From the NCBI GenBank assembly GCA_028534125.1, contig JAPYYK010000086.1, positions 3,038,001-3,102,000 on the forward strand: DNA of 64,000 nucleotides, read 5' to 3'. Source of the DNA: Lama glama (Eukaryota). Below are positions 1 through 13,320 of this stretch, in pieces. A model generated the notes under the pieces. The model did no database searches. It was not told the origin of the DNA and worked only from the letters and a program-made list of their open reading frames with translations. Positions within the stretch are counted from its first letter, which is position 1; every line of letters starts with the position of its first letter. A program made the translations under genes and the position numbers.

Positions 1-9
1 CCTTTAGGC

Positions 10-300
10 ATGCTGTTCCCTCCGACTGGAATACCTACCCTGCCTCCTTCACCCAACATTCTACTGTTTTCACTTAGCTATCACTTCCTGGGTGATATAC
101 TCTTAGTCTGGCATTAGGCTGGGTGCCTGTCTTTGGTATTCTGTCCTTATACCCAGCATTAGCATCCTCTCTAGTAACCATCTACCTCTTTGCCTGCCTG
201 CCCACCCCCCTCCCCCGCTGAACTATATTATTGTATCTCAGAGCACAACACAGTCCCAGGCAAACAGTGGGCACTCAGTAAGTACTGGCTGAATCAATTA
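10..300 (+). mobile_element. L2 LINE 3' end remnant
   Basis: gctgttccctc...ggaat, cacagtcccaggcaaacagtgggcactcagtaagtactggctgaat resembles the L2 tail. Confidence 0.55.
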
Positions 301-472
301 AGCAGCTATTTTCTCCCCATACAGCCTCCTTTGCCCTTCATCTCCCTCCTCTCTTTCCTCTTTGCTACTGGCCTTACTTCTGAGCTTTCATCTGCTTCCA
401 ACATCATGTACAGCATCTAAGCCTCTGAGGGAGACTGGCACTAACACAGGGCTTAAGGCTGTGAGGTCCTAC

Positions 473-565
473 CTTCTTTGGGTGCAGGAGAGGAGCAGTT
501 CTCCCCAGTCTCCACCCTGCACACGTCAGAGTACAGGAACTCACTTGCCAAGCTCTCGCTGGCTT
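473..565 (-). CDS. ITPR1: ITPR1 coding exon (luminal loop): (E)[30 protein letters not shown]
   Basis: 93 nt; acceptor tctcag, donor GTAGGA; phase 1-1; NCS sequon; gene continues beyond position 1. Confidence 0.95.
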
Positions 566-1863
566 CTGAGAGAGAGAAGGAAATCTCATGATGAACAATC
601 TGGCAGCATACGGTTAAAATGTTTGAAGTCCCCAATTCACGGCTGATTAAACAATTCTTTACATAAATAACACCCTACAATCCTGCATATAAATTCAAGG
701 CGGAGATGCAATTTACACTTTCTTTTGGTGATCTGGATGGGAAAAAAGCCAGAAATGTCAATTCCTGTAAGCTTACTAGAAATATCGCACTTAAATAGCA
801 CCTCTCCAACTTTCAAGATAAACAGCTGAAACTCTTCGGCAAATACGACTCAACATACAGACTCCAGCAAGATTTATACCAAGTCTGCACGAGAAACATC
901 AGTGGAGACCTGAGGTCCAGACTGCTTTAGGTCAGAACCCTCGGATAGTTGGCAGTAAATGCCAGTTAGTGCCAACTTGGAGGCTGGAGTGATGTGCCAA
1001 AAATGCAGCATTTGGGAGGGAGAAAAAGGCTGCCTGGTTTAGTCGCAGTTGTAGTTTGTTCCTTGGACTCTGGGCACCTGGCTACCCAGCAGAAGCCCAG
1101 TAATATTTCACTTAATAGTGTCAAGTGTCTTAGTTGCGGGAAAAGAACACTTGGGCATAACGCAAGTATATGATCATTTTATTTCATTCTCAGAATTGGA
1201 CACCTCTCCTATTCTTGCTGTAAATAAAAATAAGCTCACTGCAAAACTTGCACATCGTAAAAACGCCCGAGATAGCCGCTGCTGGCAAGTATATTCTTGA
1301 GGGTATAGTCTTCTGTATTTTAAAAGACATATATGAGATTTTCAATGAAAAAAAAAGCTACCCAGATCCTACTGTAGTTCCTCTCCTGCGATTTCCCACC
1401 GTATCTTGTGGGTATTTTTCCAACAAGGCTTATAAACACATCCTGTATCTGCAGGGCCCTCCACCCCGTGGATGGACCATACTCTGATGAAACACTCCCT
1501 TATGTTTACATTGCTTCCAATCTCACACTGCAGTGAACGTTCTTCCATATACATCTGTTTCTACAATTTTTTTAAAGGATAAAGTTCTAGAAGTAGATAT
1601 ACCAACCCAAAGGGATGCATGTTCCTATGCTTTCCATATACAAGGTCAAACTGTTTTATGAAAATGTTATGCTACTTTAAAATATGACTTGAGTGAATCA
1701 ATTAAATGTAGGCTTTGAATGAAGTGAAAACTAAGCTCTGTATTCAGGTCACACTCTCGGGGTTGGGGAGATACCTGCTTTGCTGAAGTCATCATTTTCA
1801 GTTCCCTCGTCATCAGGAAATACTCTTGTAACATTAAAAAAGATCAGAAGGCCCCAAACCCAC

Positions 1864-2059
1864 CTGGAAGAGCAGTTTCATTGGGCAGCCTGTCCACTTC
1901 CAGGATAAAGTCATCCTTGAAGAAAAGGTAGCCCACTATTGAGAACAGGTAAACCAGGATCAAAGCCAGAACCGCCGTCAAGATGATGGACCGTCCATTG
2001 CGAGTGACGCTTTTAATGACGTTAAGCAGAGTCTCTTCTCTGTACACTAAATCAAAAAG
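1864..2059 (-). CDS. ITPR1: ITPR1 coding exon (S4-S5 linker, TM5): [65 protein letters not shown]
   Basis: 196 nt; acceptor tttcaag, donor GTGGGT; phase 0 to 1; NET glycosylation sequon. Confidence 0.97.
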
Positions 2060-2071
2060 CTTGAAACAAAG

Positions 2072-2211
2072 AAAAAGAATGTGAAAAAGAATATATGTAT
2101 ATGTGTGTGTATATATATTTGTACACATGTATAAACGAACCACCTTGCTGTACACCTGAAACTAACACAACATTGTAAATCAACAATACTTCAAAATTAA
2201 AAAAAAAAAAA
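2072..2211 (+). mobile_element. 5'-truncated L1 3' end with poly(A), cetartiodactyl type
   Basis: gaaaaagaatatatg...ttgctgtacacctgaaactaacacaacattgtaaatcaac...cttc followed by A tail; possible aaagaa target-site duplication. Confidence 0.85.
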
Positions 2212-2982
2212 GAAGAAACCAGGACAATTTTGAGAAGCCTCTATATCAGATGGACACCAATATCCCCATAATGACAATGTGATTTATAAAGAATTTACCC
2301 TTTTGGTAAGTCAAAAGCACTATAATACTATCTTAACATGTCACATAACAGTGAAAACTGAGATGGTAAAACTGAGGGAAACACAGAAAAGGCAGGAAAC
2401 GAGCAATTTCAAGTAGCATTCATACAGTCTGGAGGTCCTGGAGACAGAATACAGGCTGTACCAGTGAGTTGCAGAGAACCAGGGGAAGCAAAGAGATGAG
2501 GGTCCTGGCGTGCATTCATTTAGGGAGTATTTACTGAGCTTCTATTAAGGGCCAGCCACTCTGGACACGGGACTGGATAGGTCCTGGTCCTCGACAGGGC
2601 GATGAGCTTGGCGTCTCATGGGCAAGGCCGACAAGCTATGGGCCAGGCCAGGAGCAGGGACTCTGGAGTTCGACAGAGGCTCAGATCTCAGCACAACTGC
2701 TTGCTGCCACCAGGACCGCAAGTTAGTATTCCCGGCCCCACCCCCTCCCCCTCGGAGCCTCAGTTTCATCATATGCAGACTGCTGGAGAGAAAGTTGCTA
2801 CAAAGAATAAAACAACAATGTACCTACAGTGCTTAGTATATAGTCATACTTATGTGCTGAGTAAGTACACAAGAAATGCTAATCATTAATTTCCAGATGA
2901 AGAGACTGGGCCAAGGTCACACAGACAGTACGTGGCAGGGAGAGTGGTGGTGGTAACATATTAGGAAGCCTAAATATTAAAA

Positions 2983-3299
2983 ACACTAATGAACTGATCT
3001 ACAAAACAGAAACAGACTCGCAGACATAGTAAACAATCTTATGGTTACCGGGGGAAAGGAGGCGGGAAGGGATAAATGTGGGAGTTGGAGATTTGCAAGT
3101 GATAACCACTATATACAAAAATAGATAAAAAACACATTTCTCCTGCACAGCACAGGGAACTACATTCAATATTGTGTAATAACCTTTAATGAAAAAGAAT
3201 ATGAAAACGAATGTATGTGTATTTATGGATGACTGGGACATGAGGCCGTACACTAGAAACTGACACATTGTAACTGACAATACTTCAATTTAAAAAAAA
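2983..3299 (+). mobile_element. Younger L1 3' end (camelid-like)
   Basis: actaatgaactgatctacaaaacagaaacagactc...gggaagggataaat...gcacagggaactac...gacacattgtaactgac...cttcaatt then A tail. Confidence 0.85.
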
Positions 3300-6200
3300 T
3301 TATTTATTTCTCTCCCCATGGTGGGGACAGAGACCCCTGCAGTCCCCATGTTCACAGTCTCAGCCTGCCCTCTCCCCAGGGGCCTGCTCTTGGCAGGAGT
3401 TGCTTCGTGAGAAGTGGAGAACCCCTGTAGGTCCTCAGAGGTCCGGGAGACCAGTGGCTGGTTTTCCCAGAGCTACAATCTCAGATACCTGGCTGGAGGG
3501 ATGGTGGAGGGGCCTGAGAGAAGAGCTCTACGGGGTTGTTCTGGATATGGGGGGGCTAGATGTCTTCTGTGCCTCTGCGGCGCGGCTCTGGGGAACGGCT
3601 GTGCACAGCCAAGTGAGGCAGGGGACAAGGGTCTGACTCCAGAACCTGCTGTTCATTTGTTGCCAGATGTTGATCGGGACACGAAACCTCTCTGGACCTC
3701 AGTTTCCTCAACTGTAAAATCAGTGAACTGACCGAGCTAGTCCCAAGTCCTTTCCAATTTAGAATTTTACATCTGAGTTCATTTTCTGGCCAATTAGCCC
3801 TTTTGCCTTCATAACACCAGTCCATGTTCCAAGACCGGTGTGCAGGGCATCAGGTAAAGGAGGACACTCAAAAGCAAGCAAGGAAGAAGCACTGAGTTGA
3901 CAGAGGTCAGAAATGATCTCCTAGTATTTCACTGGAAAAGCCACAGTTCACTTCACCAGTATCTTTTGCTTTAAATAGTGAAGATGTTTTCAATGATACA
4001 TCATTAAAAGTAATGCTGTCACCACCACCTCTGTATGTGCCTCTATACATTTCTTTTTGGCAAATTTCCAGAAATGGAATTGTTGGGTCAACTGCTGTAA
4101 CAGAAACATACCGTTCCCCTGCCTTCGAGAAAGGCGGCTCCAGTGCACCCTTACCACGGTTAGGACATAACGCTAGTGCTGGGCACGATCGTGCTTCTGA
4201 ACCTCTCCCAGTGTCACAGGTATGGCACTGGATGACACTGGTGTTTCAGTTCGTATGTCACTGCTTGACATTAGGGACAAACACCTCTCTAGGTTTACTG
4301 ACCATCTGGATTTCTCCTTCTGTTTCCTGCCTGCCAACGAACTTTGCACGTTTTCTTCTCGGGATGTGACCAGTTTTCTAAGGACACAACTTGAATTCAG
4401 GCCCAGGACTGGGTCTGGCCAGTCCTGGGGGCCCCAGCACTTCAGTCAGGCCACAGTCACCCCCTCTGCCTCTGTGGCTTGCTGGCGCGGAGCTATCACA
4501 CCCAGTGAGATGTGGTTTCTCCCTGCTATAGGCCTCTCTCCAGTTCCTTTCCGTCACCGGCTTTCCGCGTTTGTGGGATTATGTGAACGGTTTCAGGATC
4601 TCGTCTGCGGTTCTCAACGGACACATTAAATACTGCTTGTGACACCAAAGGAACATATCGCTTGAGGTCACAGAAAGTCAAGGCCCACGTGGCTTAGAAA
4701 AGTCCCAGAAGCACATCTGAGAGACGTCCAGCCGCAGTCTCATCTGATTCTGGTAAGTTTTTCTGAAAATGCACTGAGCTGAGCTAACATCCCTGGCAGC
4801 TCTGAGTCTCTCTTATCATCCTGTGACAGGTGAGAGGTGTGAAAGCATGAATGCCAACTGCGACGTGAAATACTAGTTTCACCGAAGCAGGGACTTTTCC
4901 ACAGTCTCCAACAACAGGCAGCTCGGGGCTGTGCTCGTGCAGTCAGAGTGGGGCATCCACAGGGCTGTGTCCCTGTCCTGTCCCGGCCACTCACTCGTGA
5001 TGTGACTTGGGGCAAGTGACCTGACTCACCAAGCCTCGGTCTCGAGGGCGGAAACGTGGACAGATCATCCCCCTCAAAGGCAGTGGTGGGAGGCCACGGA
5101 AAGGCACCTGGCAGACCTTCACAGGGTGACGCTAACTGTGCTGGTCTAGGCTGTGAGGCCCGCGAGAGCGGGCACCACACGGCCTAGTCTCACCACAACA
5201 CCCCGCGTCTAGCTGTGGCACCGGCTGGCACTGCCCATGACCAAGAGAAGAGGACTTGAATGAACAGAAGAGGGAAAAAAGCTGATGGGATGGAGACTGT
5301 AGGAAAGCCCCTGTCTCCCAGGAGAGACCCCTCTGCACGGATGAAACAGACCCTCTGCCTGAACTCGGCCTCCCTGCCCAGGGGCGACAGGAATTGGGAG
5401 GGTTCCAGACTTGGGTCCCCTGACTCACAAACTGAAATCCATCCAGGGGCGTTCGTGCACGAGACAAAAGGCTCAGAAGTACACACCAAACTCTAAAGGT
5501 TTCTGACAGTGCCCACAGCAGGGCCCAGAGTGGCAATCCCAGTGTATGCGAGACCGCTCTGCCTGAAAGCTCGAGGAAGAGCCAGATCTATTTTAAAATG
5601 AGGGACAAGCCTGCCAGCACCCAGCACTAGTGGAACGAGCTAATCCCGATGGCCTGAACAGCGCACTCTCCACGGTGCCCTGGACTGAGAGGGAGTCGGG
5701 CGACAAGGACGGTAACAAGAGCCAGCCACCGCTCAGCATTTGCCGGGGGACAGTTCTATTCTCAGACTCCGACACGCACAGCTGCGCATAATCCCTGTGA
5801 TGGGCCTGCAGGGGGGCAGACTGCCCGCATTGTGCATACGGGGAAACTGAGGCACAGCAGTTCAGTCGACAGTGAAGGGATCACGTGGACGGCACCTTCT
5901 GGAAGACCTTGCCTTCCTTTGCCTTTTCCAAGTTACGTCCCTCGTCTTAAGTCAGCACTGAGCCCTCGACCCCTTTTTTATCCTCACAAACATCCTAGCA
6001 CTTCTTCTGGTCCCTTTATGGATGGCTCTGCTGCAGAAAGGTCAGTTTGACACTTCTTGTCCTCTGATGTAGGCACACGGAAACGGTTTTCTGTCTATAA
6101 CTCTCTAGGTCTAGGTTCCCTGTAATGACAGGAGAACCAGCAGATCAGGGCCTGTAATTTAAAAGCCTGCTCGGGGGGATGGTGACGGATTTACTGTACT

Positions 6201-6724
6201 ATCAGCACTGAACCACTCAGCTCAGACTGGGAAACAACCTCCATGGGAAAGGTCTCCTGGATCAATGAATCTACGAGGCTTATTGTCATGGATCTGGGGA
6301 CTTTGAAAACAGCTCCTGCTCTTGTCACTACACGTTTCCCTGGGACAGGGATCCCATGAGAACTTTTAGGAGGTGACAGTTGTGAAAACACTCTCTTTGG
6401 TAAGTGGTAAGTCCAAGAAAAAAAAGGAAAAACAAAGGTGCACGTGGAGGAGACATCTGACCCAGACTGCAGGCAGCGGCTATTCCTGAGACGTGACCAG
6501 GTGCCCACACACAGTGTGATCGTCACCTCCTGGGCTCCAAAAAGCTGGCCTGCTCCCTGGCCAGCTTTCCCCTTCACATAGTCCACACGCTGCGTCCAGG
6601 GAGGGCTATGATCTTGTTAGAGCAGGCACACCAGTCACCGTGAAAGGGAGGGGTCTGTGATGAGAGGACACCGGATGCTCGCCGGGTTTTCCATCTGCAA
6701 CATCTCTCAGCACCAGCAACTCAC

Positions 6725-6889
6725 CAGCAAACTGTAGAAGAACTCGTGGACGAAGAGCCCCAAGGCACAGATCAGCAGATAGAGCAAGTGGTACAGGAAC
6801 TCCACGTCCAGGACCATGGCTCGGTAGCCTCTGGTGAATGTTCCACAGTTGCCCACAAAGCTCATCAGAAAGATGATCTTGTTGCAGAC
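6725..6889 (-). CDS. ITPR1: ITPR1 coding exon (TM region): [55 protein letters not shown]
   Basis: 165 nt; acceptor tctcag, donor GTGAGT; phase 0-0. Confidence 0.97.
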
Positions 6890-7429
6890 CTGAGAACAAG
6901 GACAGCCAGTCAGACAAGCACGGACACTGCCAAACTTCAGACTCTCTGTGGGAGCTCAGGGCGATGGACACTCAGACGTCTCTCCATGCCCGAGCCCCAG
7001 TGAAAGCCTCCTGTTGCACCAAATGCCCACTGAACGTGCCAAGAATTGTTTTGCGGACCTAAGTCATTTCATTCCTCTGCTTTTCAGGCACGTTACCAGT
7101 TAATGTGACAGCCAGAGAACTTCGTGTGCAACAGTAATCAAGTGGCGTTTGTAGATGACTAAAACAAAATAAACACATACTGAAATGATTATTTTCAAGA
7201 TGAGAGATGAATCATTTCTAACATTCTTACATGAGTTAGTCAAATACAGAAGTCACCTCAATCCTTGAACCCTGTGCTCAGCACGATTAAGAGTATTTTC
7301 TGAATTTCTTGCCTTCCCTTGCTCCAAATTTCCCAGGGAAAATGATAAGTTTCTTAGGGGTGGGGAATAAGGGACCTCAGGATGAGATCTGCTCCCCTGC
7401 CCCTTCCTTCTGGGAATGACTTCTAACTT

Positions 7430-7845
7430 TCCTTGGGGGATCCATCCCTGCCCACGTGTCGGTCCTTGGGGGCTCCACCCTGGCCAATCAGAATGTTGTA
7501 TTTCCCTGGCAACAATGTTTGGTTCAGGGATAGGCACGTGACCAAATGGCGCCAATGACACCCATTGAGATCTTTCCTGGGGCTGCAGCATAAGACAATT
7601 TTATTTTCTCCCCTGACCTTGAACCTGAGAGAAAGTGAGCTGTGAAGCTGCCAGCATCCATCCTGTGGTCACATGGAGCCCTAGGGTACCACTGGTGCAG
7701 AGCCAAAAGAGACACGGAGCCCTGATGCCACTCTCTGGACCCCTGGATTCAGCTATACCTGAAGCTGGGCCCTTCATTCTCAGTCATGTGAACCAACACA
7801 TCTTGTTTAAACTGGGTTAGGTTTTATAACCCTCTGCAACTGAAG
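7430..7845 (+). mobile_element. Old ERVL/MaLR-type LTR (LTR33-like)
   Basis: ggccaatcaga...ttggttcagggataggcacgtgacc and cccctggattcagctatacctgaagc...tgcaac terminus. Confidence 0.6.
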
Positions 7846-9559
7846 GCTGATCTACTGTATAACATAGTCGCACCTTTGATAGAAACCCCACGCTGAGAAG
7901 TCTGTTTCTAGCAATGTGCTGATAGGAAAGAAAAAAAAAAACAACCCTGAATCAGGAGAGAGCTGGAGATGAGACTCTTCAGCTGCACTTGGTAACCCCA
8001 GCTCCCGCTACCCTGGCAAACCAGGCCACAGGTGCCAGGGAAACCTGCCAGCTAATCTGGTGGGTCAGGGTAAGCGAGCTTCTGGGCAGTCAGATAAGTG
8101 AGGGAGCCAACACCCACGGGGAAGGTTCGCCGTATCAGACGGGCTCAACTTTCAATCCACCCGTTCTTTTTTTTCCCCCTGATATTCTAACCTTTGCCAG
8201 CGTTGGCTCTTTCAGAGGGTGAGAAAGCATCAGCGACTCTCAATGAACTGTGCTGCTGGGGTTTCAGAGCGAGGGAAAAAAAAAAAAAGAAAGAAAGAAA
8301 AGGCCAAGCTTTCGGTGACATTCTAGGATCTCCAATGCGCCCAGGCAGCTGCGGTCTTCACAACATAGCAGTCTGCTTCATGTGACTGCGCTCTCCCCTT
8401 TAACGTCTGCCCGACATCTCTCCACTGCATCGCACGGTCTTAGTCTGCTGTGCCCACTTCCCGTGGACCCGGCTTGGCTGGCCTCAGATCTGGCTTTCGG
8501 TCCCGGCTCTCCTCTGCCCTGAGCACCGAACCCCAGCCCTGAGCATCCTTTGTAGCCCCCTCACCGAGCTTGGTTTCTGGGACCCCTCCGTGTGCGGCCT
8601 CACCAGCTCTTCCAAGGCTCCTCTTCTGTGTGTCCAGAGCTGCTCTTTCTCCCACATGCTTCATGTGGGTGCGGAACATTTTTTTATTCCCTCCAAATGA
8701 TAACTTATTATTTATTGTTTCAGCTTTTATCCCCCTCATGTTATTATAAATGGTAATTAATTATCCAAATGGAGTCTTTCCCTAACCAATTTATGTTAAA
8801 GAATTGAGAACCGTGGAATGACCAAAGGCCAGAGAAAACAGAAGAATGTGACAGCCCTAGGAGATAGTCTCTGAAATGTTGGGCATTTTTTTGTTCCCTT
8901 TTGTTTCTTTGTTCCTTCTGTGTTTCTTTCTTAAACAGTTTCCTCTCACTGCAGGTGGTGCCTGCATTCCCTCCTTCAAAGCGGACGTGTCTCGGCCACT
9001 TGGGTCATGCGTTTCTAAGCACACGGCCGAACATTAATAGCTCGACTTGTCACCGCCAGCCCAGTAAGTCAACAGCTGAGGTGTATTTTCACCCTGAAAA
9101 CCAGGTCTTGCATGACTGTGTTGTGGCTGGCTGCACCCCTCTCCGCCCAGTCTCCTGCACTGTTCTCCAGAGGCACACATGCCTCCTTTACCACCCAATC
9201 CAGACAGTAGTACCTTCCTTGCCTGGAGAAAGGGACTCAGACCAAGTCCTCCATTGCTTTCAGGTGTAAGGCTCGGCCCCTACACCTGTCACCTGCCACT
9301 ACTTTTGAAGCTCTGGTATCTGTACCATCCTTCTACACTATGACCAAGAAGCAGGCTTGTCACATGTCATCAAAAGGTCTGCTAGGGGCCCTAACTGGTC
9401 CCCTGGGCCCCCATCCCTCCCACCTGAATCTGTGTAACACGCCATTACCAAGTGAATTTTCTCAAGAATATTTCTTCGTATACACCATTTCTTTGCTCAA
9501 AAATCTTGAGTCATTTCCCATTACTGGGAATAGAGTTTCTCAGCCTGTGTTCTATGCAA

Positions 9560-9800
9560 CACTGATTCCAAGTGATACTTTACAAAAGCTCTAGGCAACT
9601 TAAGTTTGGGAAATATGAATACCTAGTTTTCCTTTCTTGGAGATTCATAACCTGTATCAGCATGTTAATGTCTCAGGAATCCTGGGGTTAAAAAAATTCC
9701 TTTCGTTTTGTTTAACCCAGCATTTCCCACATTGATTTGACCCAGGAACTCCCTTTTCACTTAAGATTTATCAACTTGGAATGCTTTGGAGAAGCTGACC
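9560..9800. mobile_element. hAT-Charlie MER-type DNA transposon remnant
   Basis: cttggagattcataa...gtttaacccagcatttccca...tttgacccaggaac resembles Charlie MER consensus; subfamily uncertain. Confidence 0.4.
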
Positions 9801-10847
9801 TGGAGGCTGAAACCCAGTGTGGAATCCTAAAATTCAGGGGCCCCAGGACTTGTCGTGGACCCGGCCCTACAAGTCACTACACGAACCACACAGGAGGTGA
9901 AACGCAGCTGGTGACTGTCCCTTGCGCATGTCCTGGCATGGCTCATTGCTCTGGCCCATGGGGGCTTCCTGGCTCGATTTTTTCCATTCTTTAAGACAGA
10001 ACCTAAACCCTGCCTCCTCCCCTTAAGCTTGTCATCTTGAAGTGGTCTCCTCTCCCCTAATGCCCTTGCCATCTGAATACCCATCTGGGGACATTTATTA
10101 TTGCACGAAATCACTATGGTCACCTTGCTTTGCAACATCACTTCCATTTTTGTACAGTGATCTTAGCTTCCTGATATGCTCAGGGCAGAATTTCTGGAAG
10201 GCAGTTTTAGACCCCCACAGCGCCTCCTGTGTCCACAGTTGTTCCCTCCTTTCACCAGGAAACCTCTCCAACTTCACGGTCATCTATCAGCTGCCTCCAC
10301 TTCTGTGGAGTCTGCAGACGCAGCTGGCACCCACCCTTGGACGGCAGTGCAGTCGCGTGTTCACACGTCACTGCCGACTCGTGCAGGCCGCTCTCCCCGC
10401 TTCTCCTCCCACCTCTCCACCTGCTCCCTCTCTGTGACCAGCTCCTCTTCCCTCTCCCCACTCTTCTCTGTGGTCCTCACCACAAGTGGGTGCCGTGGTA
10501 ACACGTGCTCATTCCACTTGCTGGCTAAAACATCCTGTCCGAGCACACTTTGAACCTGATGAGCAAAACCGACCCAAGTCTTAACTTCCTTCCTGGCCCT
10601 GCCTAATTCCGAATATTGCCTGAAAATGAGACTGTTGATGCCTGGATAAAGCGTTCAGAGGGCACGGCACGGTGAGGAGGTGAAGAGGGAGACGGCCAGC
10701 TGCGGCTTTCCTGCTCCTGCTCCTTTAACAGTTGACCCAGACGGCATTTTCCTGCACTGAAAGCACAGGCCCAGATTGTTGGGAGGATGGGAGGCATTCC
10801 TCTTTGCGTGTCCACAGAAGAGTGGCTGGGGAGGCACGCACACTTAC

Positions 10848-11023
10848 GTTGAAAGCTCCCAGAAGAAACAACGTGGGCTGTAACCCGACGGAAAATATCA
10901 AGCGGAGAATTGTGGAAGCGATTAGGGCCCGGATGCCGTGGGGCTTGGGGAGGGCAATGACGATGGCCAGAGATATCAGCATGGCTGTCCACAGCAGTCC
11001 CGACCAGTGCGGCTCCAGCGTTC
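10848..11023 (-). CDS. ITPR1: ITPR1 coding exon (TM region): (G)[58 protein letters not shown]
   Basis: 176 nt; acceptor ttccag, donor GTAAGT; phase 1 to 0. Confidence 0.97.
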
Positions 11024-12374
11024 CTGGAAAGACAAGGCGGGGCTCTCACAGAACAGGGCTTCGACCGAGGACAGGTACAGACCAACCCGCGCTAAGTGGT
11101 ACCTTCTTTAACCACCTCTCTGGCCTGAGTGGTCCCAACCCTCACCTCCGGTTCTCTGCCCCAGACGTAACCAGTCACATCCATGTTTTCTTACCTCCAA
11201 CACTTGCTCCTCCTACCCAGCAAATTCTCCCTTTCCTGTTCATCTCAGGTCTTACCTTAGAGTCATCTCTTCCTCCTCCCAAAACACGCCTGATGCTCCT
11301 TCCTTCTCTGATTCTTGGTACCCCGGTCATCCTTATCAGACACTGTTTTCTGGTGGTCAGTGCCTCCCTCCCCAAGCCCCACTCCCACTAGGCTCCAAGC
11401 TCCCCGAGGGAAGCGCCTGCCCCCAGGAGGCAGCCATCAAATGAGTTTGTTCAATAAACAAAACTCGTACATGGGTCACACTTCACTCTCAAGGAAGGCA
11501 TACTGGAAGACCAAACTTCTCCTTTCTATTAAAAGGATGCAGAGGAAAATTGCAGGTCCCCTGCCTGAATCAGATTTCTTCAAGGGAAGAAGGAAGGCGA
11601 CTTCCGTATCATTAGCATCATCCTACAATTAGATTATCCTTGTAGTCAAAGAGCTTATACCAGTTTTTGTCATCTCTCGCTATTGCAAGTTCTATTTAGG
11701 GTGTCCCACGAGACGGCTTGGTTATATAACACGAGCCAACATGGCTAAAAATAAGGTTCTGTAAAACACTCATTAAAAAAAAAAAACACCCCTATTTCAA
11801 ATGCTGTCACATTTTGAGTTTCCTTCAGATGTAAACAAGCACCAGTCCACGATTAAGGCCACTTACATAAAGGAGTTTCACTTCTCCAGGACGGCTGGCA
11901 TCGCAGCGTCGCCCAGGGAAGAGACACCCTTGCCGGTTACAGCTCTTCCACGAGCCCGCGGGCCGCCCTGGTTCACTTCGTCCACACCTGCCGAGACTCA
12001 CTTTCTCTCTGAAAACTGACCCCCTAGCCCCAGCCACTCACCTCCTCCCCCCCTTGATATCCTTCAGAGGGAACACCCGATTAAGAACGGGCCCAAAGAG
12101 GCACAGGCTTTTCTGAAATTCAGGAAGAAGTAGCTACAGAGACAGAGGCGGCCCTTCCCGTGCATTTAACAGTTGTGCGATACTGTGCCAAGGCCTTTAC
12201 GTTGATTATCACTTACTTAATCCTCTGGCCACCCTAGGAGGCTGCTATTATCATCTGCTTTCTACTCCAGAGGAAACGGACTCTTGGGTTATGCATCTTG
12301 CCAAGGTGACCCAGCACACGGCTTTTATATATGCCCCCGAAGCAGACAGTCCTTGACTATCATTTATTAAAAAA

Positions 12375-13320
12375 ATCCATTCATTTTAAGTGTCTGATGA
12401 CTTTTGGCAGTTTATACAGTCACATAACCACATGTAACTGCCAACACAATCAAGATATAAACATTTTTATCACACAAAAGGTCTCCCCGGGCCCTTAGCA
12501 CTGGATGCCTGGCCCCATCTCCACTCCCATCACAACGACAGATCTGCTTTCTATCCCTGGAGCTTTGCATCTTCCAGAATTTCATAAAAAGTGGAGAAAA
12601 CTAATCTTATTTCTAAGTAGGTAGTCTTCTTAATTCTTTCGCTCAGCAAAAGGTTTAACTCATTCAGGGTATTGTATCTATTAATATTTTATTCTCTCTA
12701 TTGGCTGAGTAGGATTCGATCATGTGGATAATACCGCCATTTATTTATCCACCCAACAAGTAATGGTTATTTGGGTCGTTTCCAGTTTGGAGTTACTACG
12801 AATAATGCTACTGGGAATGTTCAAGCATACATCTGGGAGTGGGTGTATGTTTTCATTTCTCTTGGACAAATACATGGAAGTAGACTTTTGGACACTGAGC
12901 GGACTTGAGAAGACCTAACCATACAGTTCTCCAAAATGATGGTTCCATTCTCCCTTCCCATCAGCAATACGTGTGAGTTCCATTCGCTCCACATCATCGC
13001 CAGTATTCAGGAATGTCAGTTGGTGCGATTGCAGCCGTTCGAGCAGGTTTCTAGTGGGGCGCCACTGTGGTTTTCATTTGCCCTTCTCTGATAACTACTG
13101 ATGTTGAATATCTTTGAGTATCTTTTTATGTGCTTACTGGCCATTCATATATCTTTTTTTGGTAGAAAGTATCTGATCAAATCTTTTGCCCATTGTTTTA
13201 ATTGGGTAGCTTTTTATTACTGAGTTGTAAGAGTTCTTTGTATATTCTAAGCCTTTTGTCTGATACACGTTTTGTAAATATTTTCTTCTAGCCTGTGGCT
13301 TGCCTTTCACTTTCTTAAGT
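12375..13320 (-). mobile_element. Old L1M (L1MB/L1MC-like) 3' UTR and ORF2 end
   Basis: gtttccagtttggag, cccttcccatcagcaa, cttactggccattcatatatctt, ttttgcccatt, gagttctttgtatattct typical of antisense L1M. Confidence 0.75.

Noticed and set aside
1844-2155. 103-aa minus ORF as a standalone membrane protein
   Set aside because: It is the ITPR1 exon 1864-2059 plus read-through into L1 and intron sequence
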